A stretch of DNA of 64,000 nt, from the NCBI GenBank assembly GCA_963777875.1, contig CAVZSK010000022.1:119353-183352 (forward strand), read 5' to 3'. Source of the DNA: an uncultured delta proteobacterium (lineage in GTDB: Bacteria; Desulfobacterota; Desulfobaccia; Desulfobaccales; Desulfobaccaceae). The notes under the pieces were generated by a model, which worked only from the letters and a program-made list of their open reading frames with translations, searched no databases and was not told the origin of the DNA. A program made the position numbers and the translations under genes. Below, piece after piece: positions 43,133-52,127 of the stretch. How positions within the stretch are numbered: the stretch's first letter is position 1; each line of letters begins with the position of its first letter.

Positions 43133-44871
43133 CTAAAACCCTTCTAATACCTGGTCCACTTCCTCGTCCGTGAAATCCCAGGTGACGTTGTGAGGCTTGA
43201 GATTCTCCTTGAAGAATTCTGGCAGGCGGTCGTGGACCTTGGTGAAGCCGGCCTCCCGGTTGAAGCTCCGCTCGTCGGTGAGCACCTGCTCGCCCAGGGC
43301 GGTGACATCGGCAGGAGTGAGGGTCAACCCATAGCGGGCATTAATCATATCCACAATGGCCGGCAGGGCCTCGGGGTCGTCAAGGATGGCGAAGGCAGTG
43401 AACAGGCACAACCCCGTGGCATCGATGGCCGCCGTGGCCACCTGGAGATTACGGGACAGCTCGATCTGGCCGGTCTTTGCTGAGCGGATCGCCGCCACCG
43501 CCGCTTTTGCAGATGTTCACGGCCACGGTATAGCCGGCGGTGTGGTCCGCACCCATGGGGCTGGTGGCGTACGTGAGGCCGATGCCTTTTTCGGCCCGAG
43601 GGTCATAGGCCGGGAAGGCCTGTCCTTTGACCACCGGCACCCGGGAGACTCCCAGGGCCTGGCCGGTAAAAGCCGCGCCGTTGCCCAGAATTCGCCCCCA
43701 GGGATCATCGCCGTAGACCTTTTTCAACAGGTCAATGGCGGCCGGGCCGTCCCCCCAGGGGATGACGCCGCCTTCCATAAAGACCCCCAGGGTGACGCCG
43801 GTTTCGATGGTGTCCAGACCCAGGTCGTCGCAGAGCCGGTCCATCTGGGCGATACGTCCAGATCCTTGATGGTGGTATGGGCGGCCAGGGCCCAGATGGT
43901 CTCGTATTCGAAGCCCGAGGTGAGATAGCTGCCCGTCAGGGCCGTGGATACATCTGGGAGCACTGGATGACGCAGCCGGGATGGCACCCCTCTTTGGTCT
44001 TGCCGCCCCGAGCCTTGATGAGCTCAGCAATGCGTTCGCCACTGATGTCTTCGGCGAACTTCAAAGCGGCCCCGCCGGAAGTTCTTGAGTGGGTAAGGCC
44101 CCGGCTTCATTGACGATATTGATTAAGACGGCGGTGCCGTAAGCCGGCAGGGCCTGGCCGCTGATCGGATTGCCGATGAGCATTTTGGCCCACTTTTGGG
44201 AGGCCGCCTTGAACTTCTCCGGGTCGGCCAGGGGCAGCTTCGCTTCCGAACCCTGGTCGTCCACGACGATGGCCTTGACGCTCTTGGAGCCCATGACCGC
44301 CCCCAAACCGCCCCGGCCCGCGGCCCGGGCCGGCCGCCCCGACGGATCGGCAAACTGGATGCTGGCGCCGGTGAGGCGTTTCTCGCCGGCTGGGCCGATG
44401 ACCATAACGCCGGTCTTGGCCCCGAACCGCTCCCATAGCCTGGCCGTGGTGTCATAGGTGCCTGATTTCAGATATTCGGCGGCCGGGAGAAATTCCACTT
44501 TTTCGGTGGATATTTTAACCGATAGCCCATTCTCCGGCGGCCGGCTGGCCTTCCAGCACCACCGCCTTGATCCCCAGGCGGGCCAGTTTTTGGGAGAGTA
44601 TTCCCCCGGAGTTGCTCTCCTTGATGCCGCCGGTGAGGGGCGATTTGCCGCCCACGGAGATGCGCCCGGTATTGGCGGCATTGGTGCCGGTGAGCAGCCC
44701 CGGCGCCACCACCAGCTTGTTCGCCGCGCCCAAGGGATGGCAGGTGGGTCGCACTTCCTCCCGGATAATCCGGGAGGTGAGGGCCCGGCCGCCCAAGCCG
44801 GCCCAGGCCGGCGGCACTTCCTGCCACGTAAAGCTCTTATCGGTCATATTCAGACGCAGAATCCTGGACAT
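43133..44871 (-). CDS. aor: Aldehyde:ferredoxin oxidoreductase, copy 2 (at least 4 frameshifts)
   Basis: LGGRALT, KSPLTGGIKESNSGG, RAAGRGGLGAVMGSK, EYET, DDLGLDTI, AYDPRA, TSPMGADHTAG, GLCLF, DRLPEFF. Confidence 0.9.
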
Positions 44872-45414
44872 GGGAGTCTCCTTCTGACGCAAGAAATTTC
44901 TGTTTCAGACCTCGCCGGCGCCTGGCCTGGCCAGGCCTCACTGGCAAGCGCTCTTTGAACGAAGATTATGCCGCAACCTTGGCCAAAGCAGTGAAAAAAC
45001 GGTTTGCTGGACCTCTCTCACCGGGGCTAACCCCGTCAAATTTCATTCTTTACCGCCGAACTGATTTCTCGATTGCGATGATAGCATAATTTTTCAATTA
45101 TAACAATTCCCGGAAGTTTAGACCGAATTAATGAGCTGCTAAATTTTTCAGGTTTTTTGCTAAACTCTTTTACTGTAAATAGTATGCTCTCATGAGGTTG
45201 TGGCCAGGCGACCGATATTCCCTGATTATGAAAAATGTTCCTCATTATGTGCAATTTTGCCAAAGCCTGAGTTGATAATCAGAAATCTCTCAACCAGGAA
45301 TTCATTCCGGTCACGAGATCATATTTGCAACTACTGGGATTTTTTCGGGAGTTTCGAATGTGGCAAGCTATTGTAACATGTTATAGTGATGTTCCAGAAA
45401 TAATTCCTCCATTG

Positions 45415-45443
45415 TTGACACTTGATACCTATCAGGTTACATT
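45415..45443 (+). promoter_or_regulatory. higBA promoter with operator palindrome; probably leaderless
   Basis: TTGACA-N17-TACATT; spacer contains TGATA-CC-TATCA; ATG lies 7 nt after the -10 box with no SD. Confidence 0.65.
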
Positions 45444-45449
45444 TTAACC

Positions 45450-45728
45450 ATGATTGCCAGCTTCAAACACAAAGGCCTGGAACGTTTTTTCCTTGAAGGC
45501 AGTTTGGCTGGCATTCAGCCAAAGCATGCCGGAAGACTACGTCTCATCCTGGGCCGTCTGCATGCTTCCTCCTGCCCGCATGATATGAACCTTCCAGGTT
45601 TGCATCTGCATGAACTGGTTGGTGATCGTCAAGGCACGTGGGCGGTAAAGGTAAGCGGCAACTGGAGGCTTACCTTTAGTTTTTCCGGGAAGGATGCCTA
45701 TAACGTCAATTATGAAGATTATCATTGA
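45450..45728 (+). CDS. higB: HigB toxin (RelE/ParE family)
   Basis: [44 protein letters not shown]. Confidence 0.93.
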   Translation: MIASFKHKGLERFFLEGSLAGIQPKHAGRLRLILGRLHASSCPHDMNLPGLHLHELVGDRQGTWAVKVSGNWRLTFSFSGKDAYNVNYEDYH

Positions 45729-45736
45729 GGTTTAAG

Positions 45737-46027
45737 ATGATTATGCACAACCCACCCCATCCCGGTGAAATCCTCAAGCAGCTTTGCCTGGAACCACTAG
45801 GATTAACCATCACCGAGGCTGCTAAAGCTTTGGGGATAAGCCGGAAGTCATTATCTGCCATTGTCAATGGCCGGGCCGGCATCAGCCCGGAAATGGCCAT
45901 CCGGTTATCGTTGGCTTTTGATACAACGGCTGAAAGCTGGCTGAACCAGCAGGTCATGTTCGATCTTTGGAAGGCAGAGCAACACCGGGGCAATCTCAAA
46001 GTTAAAAGCCTGATTGCCTCTTCTTGA
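45737..46027 (+). CDS. higA: HigA antitoxin (HTH)
   Basis: [46 protein letters not shown]. Confidence 0.93.
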   Translation: MIMHNPPHPGEILKQLCLEPLGLTITEAAKALGISRKSLSAIVNGRAGISPEMAIRLSLAFDTTAESWLNQQVMFDLWKAEQHRGNLKVKSLIASS

Positions 46028-46451
46028 CTCTCTGGGGCATGAAGATACCCAAATTTACGGGACTTATCAGAAAATCTCAAGGTTTAATAGACAAAATTAT
46101 TGCTTTGCGGCAGCATATAGAGAATGAGACATTGTTGTCATGCCTTTGCCCGGTGGCAGTATGTACATGTCGCCTAAACTTTTCCTCTGCTGCACCATTA
46201 CCGGCCGTGCTGGCCGGATCTCTCTATTCCTGGAATTTTTAGAAAAAGTGCTTACTTTTTTCCTACCTAGTGGAAAAAGGCTGCTTTGGAGAAGAGGGTC
46301 TTTTTAGGGTTTAGGCTCGGGGAGAAAGGTCCCCAAAACCATTTTGTGGCTGCGGCGGCTAATTCTGCCGCATAATCTCAGTTAAAACGTTACCAGATTT
46401 ATGAAATCATGTACTATGCAGGTATCTAAATATTCATTCGGAGGGATCACC

Positions 46452-46646
46452 ATGACTATGGAAAACTATATCCGCGCCATCGCCGGCAGCTTTGTCCTGC
46501 TGTCGCTGCTGTTGGGCTATCTCTACAGCCCTTACTGGCACCTCTTCACCGCCTTTGTCGGGGCCAACCTGCTCCAGTCAGCCTTCACCAAGTGGTGTTT
46601 GATGGAAGACATTTTACACAAATTGGGCGTGCCCAAGACCAGTTGA
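46452..46646 (+). CDS. DUF2892 (YgaP-like) small membrane protein
   Basis: IRAIAG.FVL.S, FVGANLLQSAFTKWCLME. Confidence 0.85.
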   Translation: MTMENYIRAIAGSFVLLSLLLGYLYSPYWHLFTAFVGANLLQSAFTKWCLMEDILHKLGVPKTS

Positions 46647-46752
46647 TCTTGGTGGCACAAGCGTCTCGCCTGTGCCGTCGTAGGGTAAAGCCTGCGGCTA
46701 AAAATTACCTTATTGATTTGGGTCGTTCTAATCCAAGACCTCTTTCATCCAC

Positions 46753-46895
46753 TCATCCAACGCCTTCAAGGCCCTTTCCGGCATAGGTCGCTCCCCGGAG
46801 TTTCTTGGGGATGCGGCCCGGAAGCGGGGGCAACAGCCCGAAGTTAATGTTCATGGGTTGGAAGTCTTCGGTGGCGGTGTTGGTGAGGTTGTAAG
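46753..46895 (-). pseudogene. trmFO: 3' remnant of trmFO (gid)
   Basis: Encodes FQPMNINFGLLPPL..RIPKKLR...YA, the TrmFO C-terminal motif; no N-terminal part upstream. Confidence 0.7.
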
Positions 46896-47339
46896 TGATG
46901 ATTAAGGATGGGACCCTTAAGTCTGCCGCGGAGCAGTTATTCATCGGTGGCAGAATGGAAATAAAAAGTGAGGGATTGAAAATTGCTGCTATGTGTGCAG
47001 GCCTGAAGATCATCGTCACTGGTTTCACTCTCCAAATCATATACGTATTCTCGGGAAAAAAGCTGGTGGTTCTTTCTCCAGCACCTCCAAAAAAGCCGCC
47101 GGAGTGATGACTTTTATTCGCCGGAAGCATGTGAGTTCCTGTAGGTGGTGATCAGCCCGGATAAATTCACCTCCGCCCTCAACGGCACCGGCCCCAATCA
47201 GGTCTTGGCCGGATCGTCGGGCCCCGCGGCTACGGTGCGCGCCCCGGGCCTAAGGAACCCCTCGCACTATCTTGAGAATTACCTTTCCTCTCGCCGGGGG
47301 CGAGGTCGTGCCTGCCACCAGAAGCCGTAACCGGCCGGA

Positions 47340-48254
47340 TCAGCTTTTTTGGTGCTTGATAAAAGTGCCGTTTCTGTACTCGGCAAAAGCGATCTCCAGT
47401 TCCTCCTCCGTATTCATCACAATCGGGCCATACCAGGCCACCGGTTCACCGATGGGCCGCCCCGAGATCAGCAGAAACCTGACCGCCTCGCCTTGCGTGG
47501 AAACCATGACCTCATCGCCATCCTCAAACAGGACGATGGTTTCATTACCCACGAACGGCTGCCGGTCCATATCAAAATAATTCACCCCTTCGATCTCATA
47601 GGAAAACGGGTTCTTCTCCTGGCAGAAATACCCCTTCCCGGCAATGACGTAGGCGAAAACCGTATAGCCGCGCTTGGTGGGATGGCTGAAGGCTGATTGC
47701 GCCGGCACGGTCACATCCAGATATTCCGGGTCAATGACGATTTCCCGCACCGGCCCTGAGTGGTCGCCCACCTGGCCGCAGATGATTTTGATTGTGGTGC
47801 CGTTTTCCAGCACCACCTCCGGGATCTGTCCGGCCCGCACGTCCCGATAGCGAGGCTCCATCATTTTGTCGGACCTGGGGAGATTGGCCCAGAGTTGGAA
47901 TCCATCCATGTGGCCATCCGCGTCCCCCCGGGGCATTTCCTGGTGGATGACCCCGCTCCCCGCCGTCATCCACTGGACGTCCCCGGAGGAGATAACGCCC
48001 TTGTTGCCCATACTGTCACCATGTTCCACATCTCCCCGGAGAACATAAGTGATCGTCTCAATGCCCCGATGCGGGTGCCAGGGAAAACCCTTCTTAAAGT
48101 GCTCCGGATTGTCGGCCCGGAAGTCGTCCAGCAGCAAAAAAGGGTCAAACCTCGGGACCTGGCTGAATCCAAACACCCGTTTGAGGTGAACCCCGGCACC
48201 CTCAATGGTGGGCTTGCTTTTCCAAACCTTACGGATCTTTCTGGTCTGATTCAT
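47340..48254 (-). CDS. Pirin family protein
   Basis: EGAGV, DPFLLLD, GFPWHPHRGIETITY, WMTAGSG..HQE, QLWANLP, GPIVMNT. Confidence 0.95.
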   Translation of the reverse strand: MNQTRKIRKVWKSKPTIEGAGVHLKRVFGFSQVPRFDPFLLLDDFRADNPEHFKKGFPWHPHRGIETITYVLRGDVEHGDSMGNKGVISSGDVQWMTAGSGVIHQEMPRGDADGHMDGFQLWANLPRSDKMMEPRYRDVRAGQIPEVVLENGTTIKIICGQVGDHSGPVREIVIDPEYLDVTVPAQSAFSHPTKRGYTVFAYVIAGKGYFCQEKNPFSYEIEGVNYFDMDRQPFVGNETIVLFEDGDEVMVSTQGEAVRFLLISGRPIGEPVAWYGPIVMNTEEELEIAFAEYRNGTFIKHQKS

Positions 48255-48742
48255 ACTGTCTCCTTCTGCTAATCCGAGTCCAACGCTTACTCGTGAATTT
48301 TCCACCTTCCCGCCCCAGATTTTGAGCTCTTATCCAAACGCTTTAGTCCGGTTTCCCTAAAAGTTTTCATTACTTGAAAAATCACCACGAAGCCTACTCC
48401 TACTTTTTCCTAGGCCTGTGATACCACCTTCGCCTCTCTCGAGATTGCCTCAGGTTGTCGCCGACGCCGGACTAAGGATATTTATTTACAGTATACCAAG
48501 TGCCAAACGTTTTTTCCTTTCTTTTCCCAGCCCCACCAGCAAATCCCCCGTTCCCCTTCATCCCGTCGCCCTTTCCTCCTCCCTTTCCACTTTCCACTTC
48601 TCACTTCTCCCTGCTTTTGTGACATCTGTCTCATCTGTTCTGTCCCTCTACCCCCGCCCTGTGATATAAGCTTACAAACCGATAACTTTTTACGCTTTTA
48701 ACCGAAAACCGAAAACTGGAAACCGAAAACCGGAGGTCCACC

Positions 48743-49432
48743 ATGTCTTGCACTATCTGTCAGCACCCCCAGCGCCGGGAAATCGACCAGGCCTTAATCG
48801 CCGGGTCTAGTACCCTGACCGCCCTCAGTCAAGAGTACGGCCTCAGCACTTCCGCCCTGCACCGCCACAAGGCGCATCTGCAGGCCAAAGTCACCCGGGC
48901 CCAAGACCAGCTTCAGGATAATCTGCGCCAGGGCTGCCTCTTCTGGCTCAGCCGGGCTCTGGAAATGTCCATGCAGACCGCCGAGGCCGCCCAGGCCGAA
49001 GGCAATTCCAAGGTAGTTCTCCAGGCCATCCAGCAAGGCACCCGCCTCATCGGCATCATCCTGAAACAGGATTTTCAACCGGACCTGGAGACGGTCTACC
49101 GGATCCTGGCCTCCCCCCAGTGGGCTGCCCAGGATAGTCTCCTGCCCAACGATCCCCAAATCCTTGCCGCCAAACGCCAGACCCTGACCGGGACACTTTT
49201 ATCCCCCTGTCCTGATACCCCGGCCGCACCCCAGTCCCCTGCTTCCCTGGAGGACCTGGACCTTTTTCAGGAAAATCTCTTGGCCCTGGCCCAGCCGGCT
49301 GCTCAACCGCAAACCGAAAACCGAAAACTGGCAACCGCCAATCGTCTTGCCAAGAAGTGGGAAAAAAGCGGGAAATCACCGGGAAAAACCTCCCTTACAA
49401 AAGATAATACTGAAGAATTATCAAAGAGATAG
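48743..49432 (+). CDS. Hypothetical protein with N-terminal CxxC..H/HTH module
   Basis: SD GGAGG; MSCTICQHPQR.EID..L....L...YGLS..ALHRHKAHL. Confidence 0.7.
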   Translation: MSCTICQHPQRREIDQALIAGSSTLTALSQEYGLSTSALHRHKAHLQAKVTRAQDQLQDNLRQGCLFWLSRALEMSMQTAEAAQAEGNSKVVLQAIQQGTRLIGIILKQDFQPDLETVYRILASPQWAAQDSLLPNDPQILAAKRQTLTGTLLSPCPDTPAAPQSPASLEDLDLFQENLLALAQPAAQPQTENRKLATANRLAKKWEKSGKSPGKTSLTKDNTEELSKR

Positions 49433-49923
49433 CCAGTATTTTCAAGAAACCGGAAAAAATTCCCCATCATGCCGCCCAGGGGTTGTGCCCGGGCAATCTC
49501 CAGCCGCCAACCCCAAAAGCGGCACCTGGCTCGATGGCTTAGCTGCTCGGCTCGATATCGCTTCCCTGCACGCCATCGGGGTCGGCCGGACGCCACCGGA
49601 AACCCTGACTTTTGCCAAGCCGACGATTGCTTCCTGACGACTGGCCGAAGCGAAAACCGGTCATGTAACCTCAAACTGACAACCGATAACCGTCTTTTAT
49701 CCGGCCCCTGGCCTGCTTATATGATAAACTCTAGGCTGATTTCCCAAAAGTTCTCAGGTTTAAGAAACCCAACGAAGCATGAAACCAGGAATGAGGGTCT
49801 GGCAGTATTTAAGATCGCTGATTTTTTCCTCTTGCCTCTTGCCTGTTTTCATATAATTTTATCTGAGCATGCCGTTCGTTGGCCGCTGCTGACTCGAACC
49901 CTTAACGTAAAGGTGAAAATATC

Positions 49924-50520
49924 ATGGTGACCTCTCCAGGCCAGCTTACCGGCAGGTTTTTTTACCACCTGCTGGCCGTCAACCGGCCTCGCCTGGATGG
50001 CTTCAAGCACTGGCTCTTCCATCCGGGTATGCTCTTTCAATCCCGGCAGCAATGGTGGGGCGACGAGAAACCCCGGTCTAGCCCCCATGAAGGCCTGGAC
50101 CTCTGCTGGTTCAAAGATGTCGGCGGCAACCGGCAATCTCTTGATCACACTACTGCCATACCAGTACCCTTCCCCGGCACCATCGTTAAGATCAGTCGAG
50201 ATTTCCTGGGCCAATCGATTTTTGTGGCCCATGATATCTTACCGGAACCAGACCGCCGGTTGTATACCGCCTTGGGCCACACCAGCCCCCGGCCAGGTTT
50301 GGCAGTGGGGCAAAAAGTGCTGGAGGGCGAAATCCTTGCCACCGTCTCGGCCCCTGCCAACCGCCAAACCACCGTCCCGCCCCACCTCCATATCACTCTG
50401 GCCCTGATTCCGGACTCCATACCGGCAACCCAACTTACCTGGAATAATCTCGGCGCTGAGCCAACCATAACCCTTTTGGACCCTCTGGCCGTTTTTCCCA
50501 CCACCTCTGCCATGCTGTAG
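49924..50520 (+). CDS. M23 peptidase-like protein
   Basis: HEGLD (HxxxD), Y...GH, HLH motifs; no signal peptide. Confidence 0.75.
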   Translation: MVTSPGQLTGRFFYHLLAVNRPRLDGFKHWLFHPGMLFQSRQQWWGDEKPRSSPHEGLDLCWFKDVGGNRQSLDHTTAIPVPFPGTIVKISRDFLGQSIFVAHDILPEPDRRLYTALGHTSPRPGLAVGQKVLEGEILATVSAPANRQTTVPPHLHITLALIPDSIPATQLTWNNLGAEPTITLLDPLAVFPTTSAML

Positions 50521-50802
50521 CCTTCTGGGATTGACGGCTCACTTCATGGCCAACCCGCAAACATATCTATTTATTCCAGGGGAAATTGTGGTATATTAGT
50601 GGACTAATAGGTAAATTGTCACTGGCCCCTTAATTGTCCTCTCCCCATGAAAGATCGGCTCTTATCCATGAGAACAATTTGTCAAGAAGTCTGGAAGGTT
50701 CTTTATCCATAGTCCTCTCGCCCCTTGCCGGAGAAGGTCAGGGTGAGGGGAGCGGACGAATCTGTTTTTACTGCGACTAGAATATCCTCAGGAGGAAAAT
50801 GT

Positions 50803-51973
50803 ATGAAACCAAAACTTACCATCTTGCTTGCCCTGGCCCTGCTGCTTGCCTGCGTCCCGGCCTGGAGCCAAACCCAGGAACCCATCAAAATCGGCGCCTT
50901 CTTCGCCCTCTCCGGCCCTGCCGCCGCCATCGGCACCCCCACGAAGCTGGTGGCGACCATGGCCGTAGACAAGATCAACAAGGAAGGCGGCATCAATGGC
51001 CGTCCCTTACAGTTGGTCATCGGCGACACCGAAAGTGATCCGGCTAAGGCTGCGGCCATCGCCAAAAAATTTATCCATGAAGACAAAGTCGCGGCCATCA
51101 TCGGCCCCACCCGCACCGATAGCGGTATGAATGTCAAAAAGATCGTCGAAGCAGCCGGGATACCCACCTTCATGACCGTGGGTGGCGATCCGGTCATTAT
51201 GGGCGGCGACAAATTCGGCTCCTTTACCTATGTCTTCAAATCCCCGCAGCGCTCCTCCGTGGCAGTTAAACGCCTCTACGCCTATTTGAAAGAAAAGCAA
51301 GCTCACCAATATTGCCCTGCTCACCGCCTCTGACAGCTTCGGCAAGGACGGCGAGGGCTGGCTGGAAAACCTGGCCACGGAATTCGGCCTCACCATCGTC
51401 GGCAAAGAGTCTTTTGGTCCCTCGGATACCGATATGACCGCCCAGCTTACCAAGCTGAAAAATGCTAACCCCCAGGCCATCGTCGTCTGGACCATCGGCC
51501 CTGCCGGTGCCATCGTCGCTAAAAACCTGGCCCAGATCGGCCTCAAACTGCCCCTCTTCCAGTGTCACGGCCTGCCTGATCCCAAATACATCGAACTGGC
51601 CGGCAAGGCCGCCGAAGGCAACCGCATGCCTGCCACCAAGCTCATGGCCGCGACTCAACTGGCGGATAATGACCCCCAAAAGCCGGTCATCAAGGATTTC
51701 ATTCATCTCTATAAAGACCAATATAAATTCGACCAGCAATTCCCCCTCAACACCCATTCCGGCTATGCCTGGGATGCCATTATGATCGTGGCCAACGCCA
51801 TGAAAAAGGCCGGCACCGACCCCAAAGCCCTGCAGCAGGCCATCGAACAGACTAAAGGCTACGTGGGCGTCTCCGGCATCTACAACCTGACCCCGGACGA
51901 CCATAACGGCCTGGGCGTTGACTCCATGATCATCGTCCAGGTGAAGGACGGGAAGTTCATCAAGGCGGATTAA
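50803..51973 (+). CDS. Branched-chain amino acid ABC substrate-binding protein, LivK-like (frameshift near 51298)
   Basis: SD AGGAGG; signal peptide; IKIGAFFALSGPAA, IN..GGINGRPL, GVSG.YN.TP.DH.G. Confidence 0.9.
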
Positions 51974-52071
51974 TACCAAGTTCGGTTGGTCCTGCAACCA
52001 ACATAATTAATAACTTTATATAGTTGCTGCATTTTTTACCGAAAACCGGAAACGTCTAAAGAGCCCCTGAC

Positions 52072-52106
52072 AAAAAAAGCCCCGGCAAAGATTACCGGGG
52101 CTTTTT
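52072..52106. terminator. Bidirectional intrinsic terminator
   Basis: AAAAAAAGCCCCGG-caaagatta-CCGGGGCTTTTT between convergent genes. Confidence 0.85.
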
Positions 52107-52127
52107 ATTGTTGGAGTTAACTACTTT

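Noticed and set aside
48490-48505. Possible sigma-54 site TGGCACTTGGTATACT upstream of pirin
   Set aside because: The -12 GC is replaced by AC.
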